Positions 1 to 9,453 are shown, counted from the first letter of the stretch. The stretch: 64,000 nt of DNA from an uncultured bacterium (GCA_964548195.1 CAZJQC010000003.1:17323-81322); one strand, 5' to 3'. Program-made: numbers and translations. The notes: a model not told the origin generated them from the letters alone.

Positions 1-2
1 TT

Positions 3-842
3 TTGTTCCTTTTAGGCATATCCTGCTCGGGCGGAGGCACGTCCTCCACACCGTATACACAGTCGAATATCATAAGCCATGAAGACACATCTATAAGCGC
101 GATACCCCTTGACGCGATCGAACAAGCCAGAAACACCCTGCATATAGCCTACGGACACACCTCTCACGGCAGCCAGCTGATAACAGGGATGGCCGGCCTT
201 GACGGATTCATGGGGGGCCACGGCATTTACATATGGAACGCCGGCGGCACAGGCGGCGCCCTCGACCTCCGCGACAACCCCTTTTCCGGCGCATCCGATC
301 TCGGCAATCCGGACAGGACCGCGTGGGCAGGCGCCACACGGACCTACCTTGATGCAAATCCGGCATGCAATGTCATAATGTGGTCATGGTGCGGACAGGT
401 CAGCGATGCTACCGTATCGGATATTGACACGTATCTCACTCTGATGTCCGCCCTGGAATCGGATTATCCGGATGTCACTTTCGTATATATGACGGGCCAT
501 CTTGACGGATCCGGCGAATCGGGCAACCTTCAAGCGAGGAATGAACAAATACGTGAGTTCTGCCTTTCAAACGGGAAAATACTGTATGATTTTGCCGATA
601 TAGAGAGCTACGACCCCGATGGCGCGGGGTATCTCGGCATGGCGGCCAATGACAATTGCGATTACGATTCCGACGGAAACGGGACACGCGATTCAAACTG
701 GGCTATAGAGTGGCAGAATGAAAATCCGGGCGCATGGTACGACTGCTCGCCCGCCCACACGCAGCCCCTCAACGGCAACCTTAAAGCCTACGCGGCATGG
801 CATCTTTTTGCAGTCATCGCGGGGTGGGATCAGTCAATCTGA
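3..842 (+). CDS. Secreted/lipoprotein of unknown function, possibly SGNH-like fold (5' end probably outside window)
   Basis: Lipobox-like GISC followed by a Ser/Gly linker; conserved-looking HIAYGHTSHGSQL, MWSWCG and YMTGHLDG motifs; Ca-binding-like DYDSDGNG. Confidence 0.6.
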   Translation: MFLLGISCSGGGTSSTPYTQSNIISHEDTSISAIPLDAIEQARNTLHIAYGHTSHGSQLITGMAGLDGFMGGHGIYIWNAGGTGGALDLRDNPFSGASDLGNPDRTAWAGATRTYLDANPACNVIMWSWCGQVSDATVSDIDTYLTLMSALESDYPDVTFVYMTGHLDGSGESGNLQARNEQIREFCLSNGKILYDFADIESYDPDGAGYLGMAANDNCDYDSDGNGTRDSNWAIEWQNENPGAWYDCSPAHTQPLNGNLKAYAAWHLFAVIAGWDQSI

Positions 843-1685
843 CCTTTGCGCGGACCATCTGCGCGGAAACAGACGCGCGGAGTGGTAACCGTTACAGAAG
901 TACAGCCCTGAGATCTCATCGCCTGTAACGGCGTACAGCGGCTTATCGCATCGCTGATTATGGAACACCGTGATATATCTCAAAAGCCCGGCGCCTTCGT
1001 CCTCTTTCCCTTCGGGGATCGTCAGGTCATCAAGCCTGCAGAGATTGCCCATATCGTGATACGTTGCCAATGCGGAGACGCATCCGTTTTGCTCTGCGGT
1101 GATTATGTAAAACTTTCGAGCCCCGGCTCTGCGGCGGATCTTCTCGAATATCCATGATCTCGCCCCGTCAGACGACAGAAATTCGCGTATCCCGGGAGTG
1201 ACCTCCCTGCCCACCCTGACGCTTTTTGTCGCGCCCTTTTTCAAACACCGCTCCCCGCATACGGCCAGGGAAGTCCTTTCAGGGCATACTTGATAGCCCG
1301 CGGCGGCCAGCCCGGCCTCGACCAACACATCACGTTCCCCGTTCAGCGAGGACCTGAACACAGCGGCAAGCCCCCTTTTTTCATAGAACATCTCCACCGC
1401 ATGAATGCATTGGAAAATATCATGGCCCGAACCTGTGATCACCGCGTGATTCCCCTCCCGGAAAGCGGGAAAATCCACGTTGTGGAACATAAGGCCGAAC
1501 TGCGTGACAAACATGCGCGAAAACCAGCCGGGATAGAACACCTCCGCCGTCACAAGCGACCGGCAGCCTGTCATATCACCATCCGGATGTCCCGCGCAGC
1601 CGCCCCGCTCATCAGACACGCGGACAAGCTCCGATGATCCTGCCGTTTCCTTCCGGCATGACTTTTTCACAGCATTGAGTTCCAT
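834..1685 (-). CDS. Hypothetical protein, C-terminal GNAT-like fold
   Basis: 283-aa ORF; C-terminal CRLDDLTIP...GLY..NGY pattern resembles GNAT; start uncertain. Confidence 0.45.
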   Translation of the reverse strand: MELNAVKKSCRKETAGSSELVRVSDERGGCAGHPDGDMTGCRSLVTAEVFYPGWFSRMFVTQFGLMFHNVDFPAFREGNHAVITGSGHDIFQCIHAVEMFYEKRGLAAVFRSSLNGERDVLVEAGLAAAGYQVCPERTSLAVCGERCLKKGATKSVRVGREVTPGIREFLSSDGARSWIFEKIRRRAGARKFYIITAEQNGCVSALATYHDMGNLCRLDDLTIPEGKEDEGAGLLRYITVFHNQRCDKPLYAVTGDEISGLYFCNGYHSARLFPRRWSAQRSD

Positions 1686-1805
1686 ACTTCATGTTTAAAT
1701 ATATTCCATCGCACCCATACAGACAAGACGCCGGCAAAAGTTATTGATGCGCTGATTTATTCGTCCTCCTCCTGAGAGCGCGAAGGCGTTAAAAACGGGA
1801 AATGC

Positions 1806-1955
1806 TTATGCGCCGGAATATATCGATATGTTTTTCTTTCTTTTAGCGCTTCTTTTCAGGCTTGCGATATCCTTGAAAAACAGAAATGTCGCATATCCCC
1901 ACAGACATATTGAGGCGATCAGGAGCCCCGCTACGACGGCAGTAAACAAGTACAT
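1806..1955 (-). CDS. Small membrane protein, 49 aa (not in ORF track)
   Basis: GAGGAGG SD 4 nt before ATG; MYLFTAVVAGLLIASICLWGYATFLFFKDIASLKRSAKRKKNISIYSGA = one TM helix plus basic tail; TATAAT at 1978-1983. Confidence 0.65.
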   Translation of the reverse strand: MYLFTAVVAGLLIASICLWGYATFLFFKDIASLKRSAKRKKNISIYSGA

Positions 1956-2110
1956 ATATCCTCCTCGGTTCAAATGTATTATAATGGCTTGGAGGGAAAA
2001 TGTTGAGACAGTAAATTTTCGTTAACACAGTTCACCCGCGCACATCTAACTCGTTAAATAACAATGCATGATCCCGTTAAAAACCCGTGTAAAGTTCACC
2101 GGAAGGGAAC

Positions 2111-2142
2111 AAAAAAAGGCGCAGCCGTGAATGGCTGCGCCT
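2111..2142 (-). terminator. Rho-independent terminator
   Basis: AGGCGCAGCC-ATTCAC-GGCTGCGCCT hairpin running into T7 on the minus strand. Confidence 0.85.
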
Positions 2143-2190
2143 CCGGGCATGGAAGGATCGTGATTTCCGGACCCGATTGATAGAATCAAC
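2111..2190 (-). ncRNA. Candidate ~80-nt small RNA or attenuator leader
   Basis: Bounded by a near-consensus sigma70 promoter and a strong terminator; no credible ORF; internal hairpins. Confidence 0.5.
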
Positions 2191-2195
2191 TATTA

Positions 2196-2224
2196 ATTAT
2201 AATGACAAAGAGCCTGTTTTTCAA
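2196..2224 (-). promoter_or_regulatory. Sigma70-type promoter
   Basis: TTGAAA-17 nt-TATAAT. Confidence 0.7.
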
Positions 2225-2282
2225 TGGCCGGGATGAACGGCCTTTTACACCCGTTCCTGTTGTCCCGGACAGTAAAGCCCAA

Positions 2283-3581
2283 CTACTTGCCTGATATGGT
2301 GATTCCACCCGCTGATATCCATGGCAGTATGGAATAGCCGCTGTTAAGTCTTTCAACGGAAACGGCGTTGATGCCCAGCATCATATCCATAAGGTTTCCG
2401 CTGATCATTGTCTCCTTCAGGGCCTCTTTCACCTCTCCGTTCCGTACAATAAAGCTGTTTTTGGCTACGCCTGAGAAATCTCCGTTTTCGTTCGGATGCC
2501 CCCCCGCGAAGCGCGATATGATCACGCCGTTTTCAGTGGCTGCGATGATATCACTCAGCCTGTCCGTCCCTTTGTCAAGCACCCATGCATAACCGTCGTT
2601 TCTGACATTTTCGAGGCCGGTCTTATTCTTGCCGTACAGGGACAGAATATAATTTTTAAGTATGCCGCCCTTTATAACGTCTATGTCCTCTGCCGGGTAA
2701 CCGTCGCGGGTAATGTCATACCCTCCGGCCATGAGGGGATTAAGCGGCTCGGAGCGCAGTGACAAATTTTCCGGCGCGATGCGCCCGCCCCGTTTTCCCT
2801 TATATGGGGAACTGCCCGATATAAGCCATCTGTCTCTGAGATAGGCGGAGATAAAATTGATAAACTGGAAAACGCATTGAGGGGTGAGGATGGCGGTACC
2901 GAGAGTTTTACCTTCAAAAGAGACCGGGTGAAGTGTCTTCTCCACATCCGAAAAAAAGCTTCTCACTCCGGGCATGTCAAGAAGCGGGGTTTCCAGCCCG
3001 CTCAACTGCATATAGAGATGGCTGAAAGAGGAAGCGGCATCGCCTTTTTTCGCGACAGACGTTATGCCCGTAGCGTATACTCCCCTGCGCGAACAGAGGT
3101 CTGCGCCGTTGGAGTTAAGGTAATTTTCTGTCAAGACAGTATGGTCCATTATCATCTGTTCGACCGCAATAAGGGGAAATTCTTTTTTGAGGCCTTTTAT
3201 CAGTTGGTCGAAGCGGTCATACATCAAATCCATGTCGGGAAGAAGTCCCGTTCCCTCCCTGTCAAGGGTATTGCCCTCCGGCATATCGTTGGAACTGTCT
3301 TTTACGGATGAGTGGGAGAGATCCATCGCCAGCACCGCGGCAGCCTCGACAGAACTCTGTTCCGTATGGTTTACGGTGACACTTCCCAGGCGTTCCTCGT
3401 TTATGATGCTCATTGTCAACTCAGGAGCAAACAGTTTTCTGTAAAGGGTAAAGGCCCCGTTTTCAAGGTTTATTTCATGCTTTTCGGTGACCCTGTAACG
3501 CGCCGAATATTTATCGGCCCCGGTATCTTTCAAGGCTTTCATCGAACGCGACGCGACATCTCTTACACAGCCGTTTCCCAT
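2283..3581 (-). CDS. pmbA: TldE/PmbA family protein
   Basis: PmbA C-terminal motifs (GDFSG, ETMISGNL), no HExxH; start set at ATG overlapping the tldD stop (TAATG). Confidence 0.85.
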   Translation of the reverse strand: MGNGCVRDVASRSMKALKDTGADKYSARYRVTEKHEINLENGAFTLYRKLFAPELTMSIINEERLGSVTVNHTEQSSVEAAAVLAMDLSHSSVKDSSNDMPEGNTLDREGTGLLPDMDLMYDRFDQLIKGLKKEFPLIAVEQMIMDHTVLTENYLNSNGADLCSRRGVYATGITSVAKKGDAASSFSHLYMQLSGLETPLLDMPGVRSFFSDVEKTLHPVSFEGKTLGTAILTPQCVFQFINFISAYLRDRWLISGSSPYKGKRGGRIAPENLSLRSEPLNPLMAGGYDITRDGYPAEDIDVIKGGILKNYILSLYGKNKTGLENVRNDGYAWVLDKGTDRLSDIIAATENGVIISRFAGGHPNENGDFSGVAKNSFIVRNGEVKEALKETMISGNLMDMMLGINAVSVERLNSGYSILPWISAGGITISGK

Positions 3582-4969
3582 TACCGTCCTCCGATATTGA
3601 CTCTGCACTTGATCGAGGGCCCGCCAAAGCCTACGGGGATAGCCTGTTTTTTTCCACACATCCCCCAAGAAGACCATGACATCTCGTCGGATACCATGGA
3701 GACCGACCCAAGCATGTCAAAACCCATACCCGATATGGTAGTATCCTTTATAGCTCTCCCCAGCTTTCCCTTCACGATCTCATAACCTTTTATTACGCCG
3801 AACATGAATTCGCTGGTTGAATCAGCCTGACCGTTGCTCGATCTCATAAGATAATATCCCTTGTCTATCGAAGCTATCATATCTTCAAGCTTATCCTGGC
3901 CGGGCAGAAACCCCGTGTTCCGCATCCTTATCAGAGGCTCATCGTCATATTCCGACGCCCTGGCATTGCCCGTGGGCGGGACATCGTACTTCATCGCAGA
4001 TTCCTTATTATGCATCATGCCGCATAAGATCCCGTCTTTCACAAGGGCCACGTCTACGGCGGGCGTGCCTTCGTCATCCACGAATACCGGCACCGGGCAC
4101 TGCCGGCCCATGGCGGTATTCGCAAAATCCGACAGATTAAGCTTTTCCGATCCTATTCGTTTACCCATGTATGAATAAGTCATGGACCCCCCGGAAACGA
4201 TATCCGCTTCCGTGGTATGGCCGATCGCTTCATGCGCGAAGACCCCGGTGATCTCGGAATCAAGTATGACGTCATGTTCTCCGGTCTCGGGATAAACGCC
4301 TTCCGCTTTTTTTCTGAGGGACTCATAAAACAGGTCGATGCGCTCAAAAAAATCATCCGGTATCCCGAAGTTATCCTCATATTGGCCGAACCCCCCGAAA
4401 ATTTCAAAGAGGTCGGTCGGCGAATCCCCGGATATTGAGGTCATTGAAAGTATCAGTAATGACCTTGGCACCATTGAATAGGCACTTGAACCGTCTGAAT
4501 TTATAAAGGATTTTTTCATGTCAAGCGTCTTAAGCGCCATGCTTCTGCTCAATATGTTTTTGCATGTCTTTTGAATATAAGAATCAAGTTCTTTTAAAAA
4601 CCCGATCTTTTCCTTTCTGTTCCGATGCTGTTGTTTGGTCGAAAAGTCATGATAGGACTCGCCGCTTACCGCGGGAAGCGGCATGATGTTCCTGTTAGCC
4701 CTGGCATCAAGAAAATGGGCGTTTTCTGTCGCGGAGCGTATTGCTTCTTTTACCATATCGTCCTGAGAACCGGTAACCGCTGCGAAACCCCATACACCGT
4801 TTGTGTAGACCCGGGCGGAGATGCCCCCTTTTGTTTTATCGGCATTAACCGACACATCGCCATTGAGCAGATGTATGTCGCGCTCCCTGTTTTCCTGATA
4901 TCTCAGCTCCGTATATTCGGCAAACAGTTTCCTGTATTCAGACAATTGTCCGGGAAGCAAAGCGGTCAC
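3581..4969 (-). CDS. tldD: TldD metalloprotease
   Basis: HEAIGH zinc motif, DDEGTP, RMRNT, C-terminal CGKxQ. Confidence 0.92.
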   Translation of the reverse strand: MTALLPGQLSEYRKLFAEYTELRYQENRERDIHLLNGDVSVNADKTKGGISARVYTNGVWGFAAVTGSQDDMVKEAIRSATENAHFLDARANRNIMPLPAVSGESYHDFSTKQQHRNRKEKIGFLKELDSYIQKTCKNILSRSMALKTLDMKKSFINSDGSSAYSMVPRSLLILSMTSISGDSPTDLFEIFGGFGQYEDNFGIPDDFFERIDLFYESLRKKAEGVYPETGEHDVILDSEITGVFAHEAIGHTTEADIVSGGSMTYSYMGKRIGSEKLNLSDFANTAMGRQCPVPVFVDDEGTPAVDVALVKDGILCGMMHNKESAMKYDVPPTGNARASEYDDEPLIRMRNTGFLPGQDKLEDMIASIDKGYYLMRSSNGQADSTSEFMFGVIKGYEIVKGKLGRAIKDTTISGMGFDMLGSVSMVSDEMSWSSWGMCGKKQAIPVGFGGPSIKCRVNIGGR

Positions 4970-5084
4970 GTCCTTTCCGGTCCCGTTCGGGAGACTCTGC
5001 AGTCACAGTCCCTACGGCCCATTCAAAAGAAGCTTACATTATATGTGACACTGATCGTCAAATACAGTTTCAAAAACATCGTGA

Positions 5085-5768
5085 TTAATTGTCATCAGCG
5101 GCATAAATATTCAAAAACCTCGCTATATCGCCGAAAAAGTCCGTTCCCTTACCGGGATATACCGGCCCTGAATCCCGACCGTATATGATCAGTATCGAGT
5201 TAGGCAGATTGTCATGCAACTTCAGCACTTCCTTTTCATCTCCGCCAGCGGTTATCAACACAGGCATGGTCACTTCGCGGGCCCCGGCTGAAAAGACCGG
5301 GTCCGCAGATTCAGAGATGGCTTTTTCCGGATATACAAGTATGACAGCCCCGCAGTTTTCGGGGTACAGCCTCGCGTATTCCAGGGCATCGGAACATCCC
5401 GTGGAATGCCCGAGCACGTTGACTTTTCTGATCCCCAGCTTCATCCTCAGCTCTTCGGCGTCCCTGATGTTGTCTCCCGAAATATTTTTACTGTCCACGC
5501 AGCTTTTTGAAAGGCCCGCGCCCCTTTTGTCAAAAGATATGAGTCTTGCCTTCAGCCCCGATTTGGCATACGCATCCATCAGCGGCGCGCATCCGTCCGT
5601 TCCGGAACCGTGGAATATCATCAAAGGCGTGCCCTTTCCCGATGTGAGATAATGTATTCTCGCCCCGGGAGTGTTGATATAATCGCCCGTACCCGTATTG
5701 TCCGGCGACACACAGGAAAAAAACATTGACAGGGATATGAGTAAAAACATGCGTAAACAGCGGGCCAT
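5085..5768 (-). CDS. Alpha/beta hydrolase-fold lipoprotein (cap-less)
   Basis: Signal/lipobox FFSC; HGSG, DKRGAGLS, GHSTG nucleophile elbow. Confidence 0.75.
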   Translation of the reverse strand: MARCLRMFLLISLSMFFSCVSPDNTGTGDYINTPGARIHYLTSGKGTPLMIFHGSGTDGCAPLMDAYAKSGLKARLISFDKRGAGLSKSCVDSKNISGDNIRDAEELRMKLGIRKVNVLGHSTGCSDALEYARLYPENCGAVILVYPEKAISESADPVFSAGAREVTMPVLITAGGDEKEVLKLHDNLPNSILIIYGRDSGPVYPGKGTDFFGDIARFLNIYAADDN

Positions 5769-5831
5769 CGAAAAAACCTCCGATCATAATCCGCTTAAAT
5801 AATATACTTTTTATAAATAATTTCAAGAATA

Positions 5832-5857
5832 GAAAAGTCCGGAAACCCGGACTTTTC
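5832..5857. terminator. Intrinsic terminator (bidirectional hairpin)
   Basis: GAAAAGTCCGG-AAAC-CCGGACTTTTC. Confidence 0.75.
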
Positions 5858-5891
5858 ATATTTTTTTGAGATTTTTGAGGATTAAGTTCGA

Positions 5892-6428
5892 TTATTCCTG
5901 CTCATCATCCGAATCATGCTGCTTTAACGCTGTTTTTTCCTGGGTCTTCAGTTTGATCTCTTCCTTTGTCTGCAGCTTCAATTCTTCCTTCGCCGGCTCC
6001 TTGTCTTCTCCCTTGGTCTGCAGCTTGATCTGCTCTTTTGTCTGGAGCTTCACTTCTTCCCCGGTCTGCAGCTTGATCTGTTCTTTTGTCTGAAGCTTGA
6101 TCTGATCTTTTGTCTGGTCGCCGTTTTCATCCCCGGACGGTACGTTTCCGGAATCGGCGTCGCCTGCTTTGACCTCTTCTTTGTTCATCTCTTTTTCCTC
6201 TTCCTTGCCCTGCTCCTCACCGGAATTCTGGTTCATGTTCTGCTCATTGTTCTGTATCATGTTCTCAAGCTGTTTTCTGTATTCGGTCTCCTTGTCCACA
6301 CTGCCTTTTTTGTACTTGAAGGTCTTGTCGGCCTGTGCCGATTTTGTCCCTTTGGACTGCTGGCCTGCAGACCACGCGCTCATGACCAGCGCCGCACATA
6401 CAACCAATAATAAAACAACCTTTTTCAT
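5892..6428 (-). CDS. Secreted low-complexity protein with 8-aa tandem repeats
   Basis: AAGGAGG SD, signal peptide, Q/E/K-rich, QTKEQIKL repeats. Confidence 0.8.
   Translation of the reverse strand: MKKVVLLLVVCAALVMSAWSAGQQSKGTKSAQADKTFKYKKGSVDKETEYRKQLENMIQNNEQNMNQNSGEEQGKEEEKEMNKEEVKAGDADSGNVPSGDENGDQTKDQIKLQTKEQIKLQTGEEVKLQTKEQIKLQTKGEDKEPAKEELKLQTKEEIKLKTQEKTALKQHDSDDEQE
5925..6116 (-). repeat. 24-nt degenerate coding tandem repeat (~8 units)
   Basis: QTKDQIKL QTKEQIKL QTGEEVKL QTKEQIKL QTKGEDKE PAKEELKL QTKEEIKL KTQEKTAL. Confidence 0.85.
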
Positions 6429-6552
6429 ATTCGGCCTCCTTTAAGAGACAATACCCTTCCGCTGCCTTAAAGGTTACACGTTTACATCGTCAAAGCCCGG
6501 ACAGGGGCGGCCGTGTGTCTTGTATGGGAAGATGTGGCCTTATCGCTGAGAG

Positions 6553-6578
6553 AAAAGGGAGCGGCGCCAGCCGCTCCC
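6553..6578 (-). terminator. Intrinsic terminator after M16 pair
   Basis: GGGAGCGGC/GCCGCTCCC stem plus TTTT on the minus strand. Confidence 0.75.
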
Positions 6579-6584
6579 CCGTTT

Positions 6585-8030
6585 TCAGATTTCTATGATC
6601 TCGACAGATATGCCCTGCTCTTCAAACTGCGGCGCTATAAGGTCTTTCTGGCCGAGTATTACGGTTATGAAGTCATCGGGGCGTGATTTTTTCTCAAAGA
6701 TCAGCTGCGCTTCGCCTGCTGTCATATTGTTATATTTGGCGATGTATTTATTCATCCAATCGGCGCCTCTTCTGGTGATCTCCATGTTGTACATGACGTC
6801 GTTGATGATGTCTGTCTTGTCCGAATAGAATTTCGGAAGCAGGGCATTGAAGAAGTTTACCGTCTTGTAAAGCTCTTTAGCGGATATGGGGTTTACCTCA
6901 TCCTTTATGGCCCTCATCTCATCGATTATGCCCCTGTAGGCATTATACGCCGATTCCGGCTTCACTTCCGTGCGCACCGTATAATCTCCGCCGAGATTAT
7001 TCACGCTGACGGACGACCTTGCGTCATATGCATAGCCTTTTTTCACTCTGAGAAGGTCCATGAGACGGCATTCGAACGAACCGCTCCCGTAGACCATGTC
7101 GGCTATTTTATGTTCGACGTATTTTTCATATCTATTGTCATACACATCATAACCCATTACTATTTTTGCCTGAGTCGCGTCAGGTTTGTTTATAATAAAT
7201 ACGCGGCCGTAATTCTTTTCCTGCGGTATTATTTTCTGATGCGGCAATGTCACGCCCTTGTTCTGCCATTCGGAAAAAGCATCCTTGATCTTTTTCTTCA
7301 TGTCCCTGTTTTTAAAATCGCCGGCAATGCCGATGATCGTGGTGTTCGGCGCTATTGTCTCATCATAATACTGCTGCAGCTTTTCCGGGGTGATGTTCTG
7401 GACGGCGGATGTCTGTAAATCGATATCCGTATCAAAATCATAGGGATGATCGCCATACAGTTTTGCGAAAAACACCATATCCAGCAAAGACGGGTCCTGT
7501 GTGCGCGCCATACTCAGTCCCTGATAGAGCTCCATCATCTTCCGCTGATAATAGGGAGCTTTAAAATCGGGGTTCATAAGGATATCCGCCATGAGCGATA
7601 TGAGCTCGTCACTGTCTTCTATGAGCGCGTTGCCGCTTAGCTGCAGATAATCACGCTTGGATGTGATGCCGAAATAAGTGCCGTGCAGCCCCTTGTATTC
7701 GTTCATCTCCTGCTCGGACATATTCGCTGTACCCGTTGACATCATCCCGATCATAAAATCCGTGATGCCGGCCAGTTCGGGTGTCTCATGTGAGCGTCCG
7801 CCTTTTATATAACCGCTTATTTCGACCACGGGAAGTTCATGGCTCTCTATAAGAAAGACGATGAGGCCGTTTCCCAGTTCAAAGCGTTCGTAAGCAGGCA
7901 CGGTGATCTCGGGTATTTTGTTCTTGCTCTGAGCCAGTTCTTCAAAATACTGCTCCGAGAACTCGACGCCCGAAAAGGCCGGCGCCGACAGGAACACAAC
8001 TGTCAATAAAACAAATAATATCTTTTTCAT
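6585..8030 (-). CDS. M16 (pitrilysin-family) peptidase, non-catalytic subunit
   Basis: Signal peptide MKKILF; LGNGLIV; no HxxEH; R/Y pair in LRVKKGYAY. Confidence 0.85.
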   Translation of the reverse strand: MKKILFVLLTVVFLSAPAFSGVEFSEQYFEELAQSKNKIPEITVPAYERFELGNGLIVFLIESHELPVVEISGYIKGGRSHETPELAGITDFMIGMMSTGTANMSEQEMNEYKGLHGTYFGITSKRDYLQLSGNALIEDSDELISLMADILMNPDFKAPYYQRKMMELYQGLSMARTQDPSLLDMVFFAKLYGDHPYDFDTDIDLQTSAVQNITPEKLQQYYDETIAPNTTIIGIAGDFKNRDMKKKIKDAFSEWQNKGVTLPHQKIIPQEKNYGRVFIINKPDATQAKIVMGYDVYDNRYEKYVEHKIADMVYGSGSFECRLMDLLRVKKGYAYDARSSVSVNNLGGDYTVRTEVKPESAYNAYRGIIDEMRAIKDEVNPISAKELYKTVNFFNALLPKFYSDKTDIINDVMYNMEITRRGADWMNKYIAKYNNMTAGEAQLIFEKKSRPDDFITVILGQKDLIAPQFEEQGISVEIIEI

Positions 8031-8047
8031 CTTCACTCTCCCAACCA

Positions 8048-9397
8048 TTATTTACTTTTCGGGACTATGTAGGCAACGGTTCTTTTATCCTTGGACAGAT
8101 ATTTTTCGGCGATCGCCTTTATATCTTCCGCGTTCATGTTCTTGATCGCAGCGAGTTTGTCCTTATAAAGTTCGGGATTTCCGAAACGCACCGTGTCCAA
8201 TGCCATCTGTGAAGCCATGCCGCCGGTATTCTTCATCATGAATATCTGCGCTTTCAAAGCGCTTTTTTTCACAATGGCCAATTCCGTCTCCTCGATGCCG
8301 CCGTCAATAAGCCTTGCGATCTCGGCATCGAATGCGGCAAGCACGTCGTCCATGCCGTCGACACTCATCGGGACGAGATACATCATGACAAATCCTGAAT
8401 CCCTGAACGACATCGGTATCGCGGCAGTTTCCATGATCATGTGTTTTTCGTTCTTGAGCACGGTCTTTACCCTTGATGTGGAGTTATTCACCAGTATGTC
8501 GGCAAGAGCTTCGATGACCGGCACATCGGGATTGTCGCCCTGTGGCGATTTGTACATCATGGCAATGATCGGTACGTTTGTGATCTTCTCGATCTTCAAA
8601 AACTTTTCTTCCGTCTGTTCGGGCTCCACGATCCCCAGCCTTGTGATCTCTTTAGGGCTGTAATCCCCAAAATATTTGACGGCCAGCGCGTGGACGTTTT
8701 CAGGATCGACATCGCCGGAGACTACCATCACCGCATTATTTGGCGAATAATACTTTGAATAATAAGCTCTCATGTCATCCACCGAATAATTGAGTATTGA
8801 ATCCATCCAGCCTATTACCGTGTGGTGCAGAGGATGTTTTTCGAAAGCGACGGACTGCATTTCTTCCCATGAAGACATGAAAAAACTGTTTTCCGTCCTC
8901 ATCCTTCTCTCCTGCGCCACTACCTGCTGCTCCCTTGCAAACTCTTCGGGATCGATCTTGAGGTTTTGCATCCTGTCGGATTCTATGGCCATGGCAAGCT
9001 CAAGCTTCGCCGAAGGAAGTTCTTCCTCATACATGGTAAAATCATAAAAAGTGCCGGCATTAGCCCATCCGCCCACCTGTTTGGTCAGATGATGGACTTT
9101 GTCCTTGCCCAGGCTCTTCGTGCCCAGAAACATGGTGTGTTCCAGCATGTGGGAGATACCGGATATACGTTCGGGCTCGTCTATCGAACCGACATTATAC
9201 CAGATCTCGAATTTCATCAGGGGGACTTTATGGTCCTCCACGACGAATATCTTCATCCCGTTTTCCAGAGCGAACTCACTGTAAGCCACTTCCGGAGTCT
9301 TCACGGGGTTGTTCTCCATGCGCGTCTCTGTCGCGGTACAGGCAAACAGAGCGGTAACGATTAATATTAACATGATTGATTTGACATAAGATTTCAT
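8048..9397 (-). CDS. M16 peptidase, catalytic subunit (lipoprotein)
   Basis: HMLEH inverted zinc motif, VGSIDE, ERRMR; lipobox LFAC. Confidence 0.9.
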   Translation of the reverse strand: MKSYVKSIMLILIVTALFACTATETRMENNPVKTPEVAYSEFALENGMKIFVVEDHKVPLMKFEIWYNVGSIDEPERISGISHMLEHTMFLGTKSLGKDKVHHLTKQVGGWANAGTFYDFTMYEEELPSAKLELAMAIESDRMQNLKIDPEEFAREQQVVAQERRMRTENSFFMSSWEEMQSVAFEKHPLHHTVIGWMDSILNYSVDDMRAYYSKYYSPNNAVMVVSGDVDPENVHALAVKYFGDYSPKEITRLGIVEPEQTEEKFLKIEKITNVPIIAMMYKSPQGDNPDVPVIEALADILVNNSTSRVKTVLKNEKHMIMETAAIPMSFRDSGFVMMYLVPMSVDGMDDVLAAFDAEIARLIDGGIEETELAIVKKSALKAQIFMMKNTGGMASQMALDTVRFGNPELYKDKLAAIKNMNAEDIKAIAEKYLSKDKRTVAYIVPKSK

Positions 9398-9453
9398 CGT
9401 GCCTCCTTTTCCGACTGTTTTTTAATACGCAGTGCGAAATTAATGTTGCAAAG

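Noticed and set aside
2150..2180. SRP RNA (GGTCCGGAA resemblance)
   Set aside because: Lacks the following GGAAGCAGC and the long flanking helix
3582..3677. N-terminal extensions in the ORF track (pmbA, mmdC, mmdD, pilC, folE, rsmH, ftsL, mraZ, lipoprotein 59526 and others)
   Set aside because: They overlap upstream genes or promoters; downstream ATGs with SD or stop-start coupling fit the family N-termini better
5925..6116. Periodic repeats as a possible CRISPR array
   Set aside because: In-frame 24-nt coding repeats without unique spacers; no cas genes
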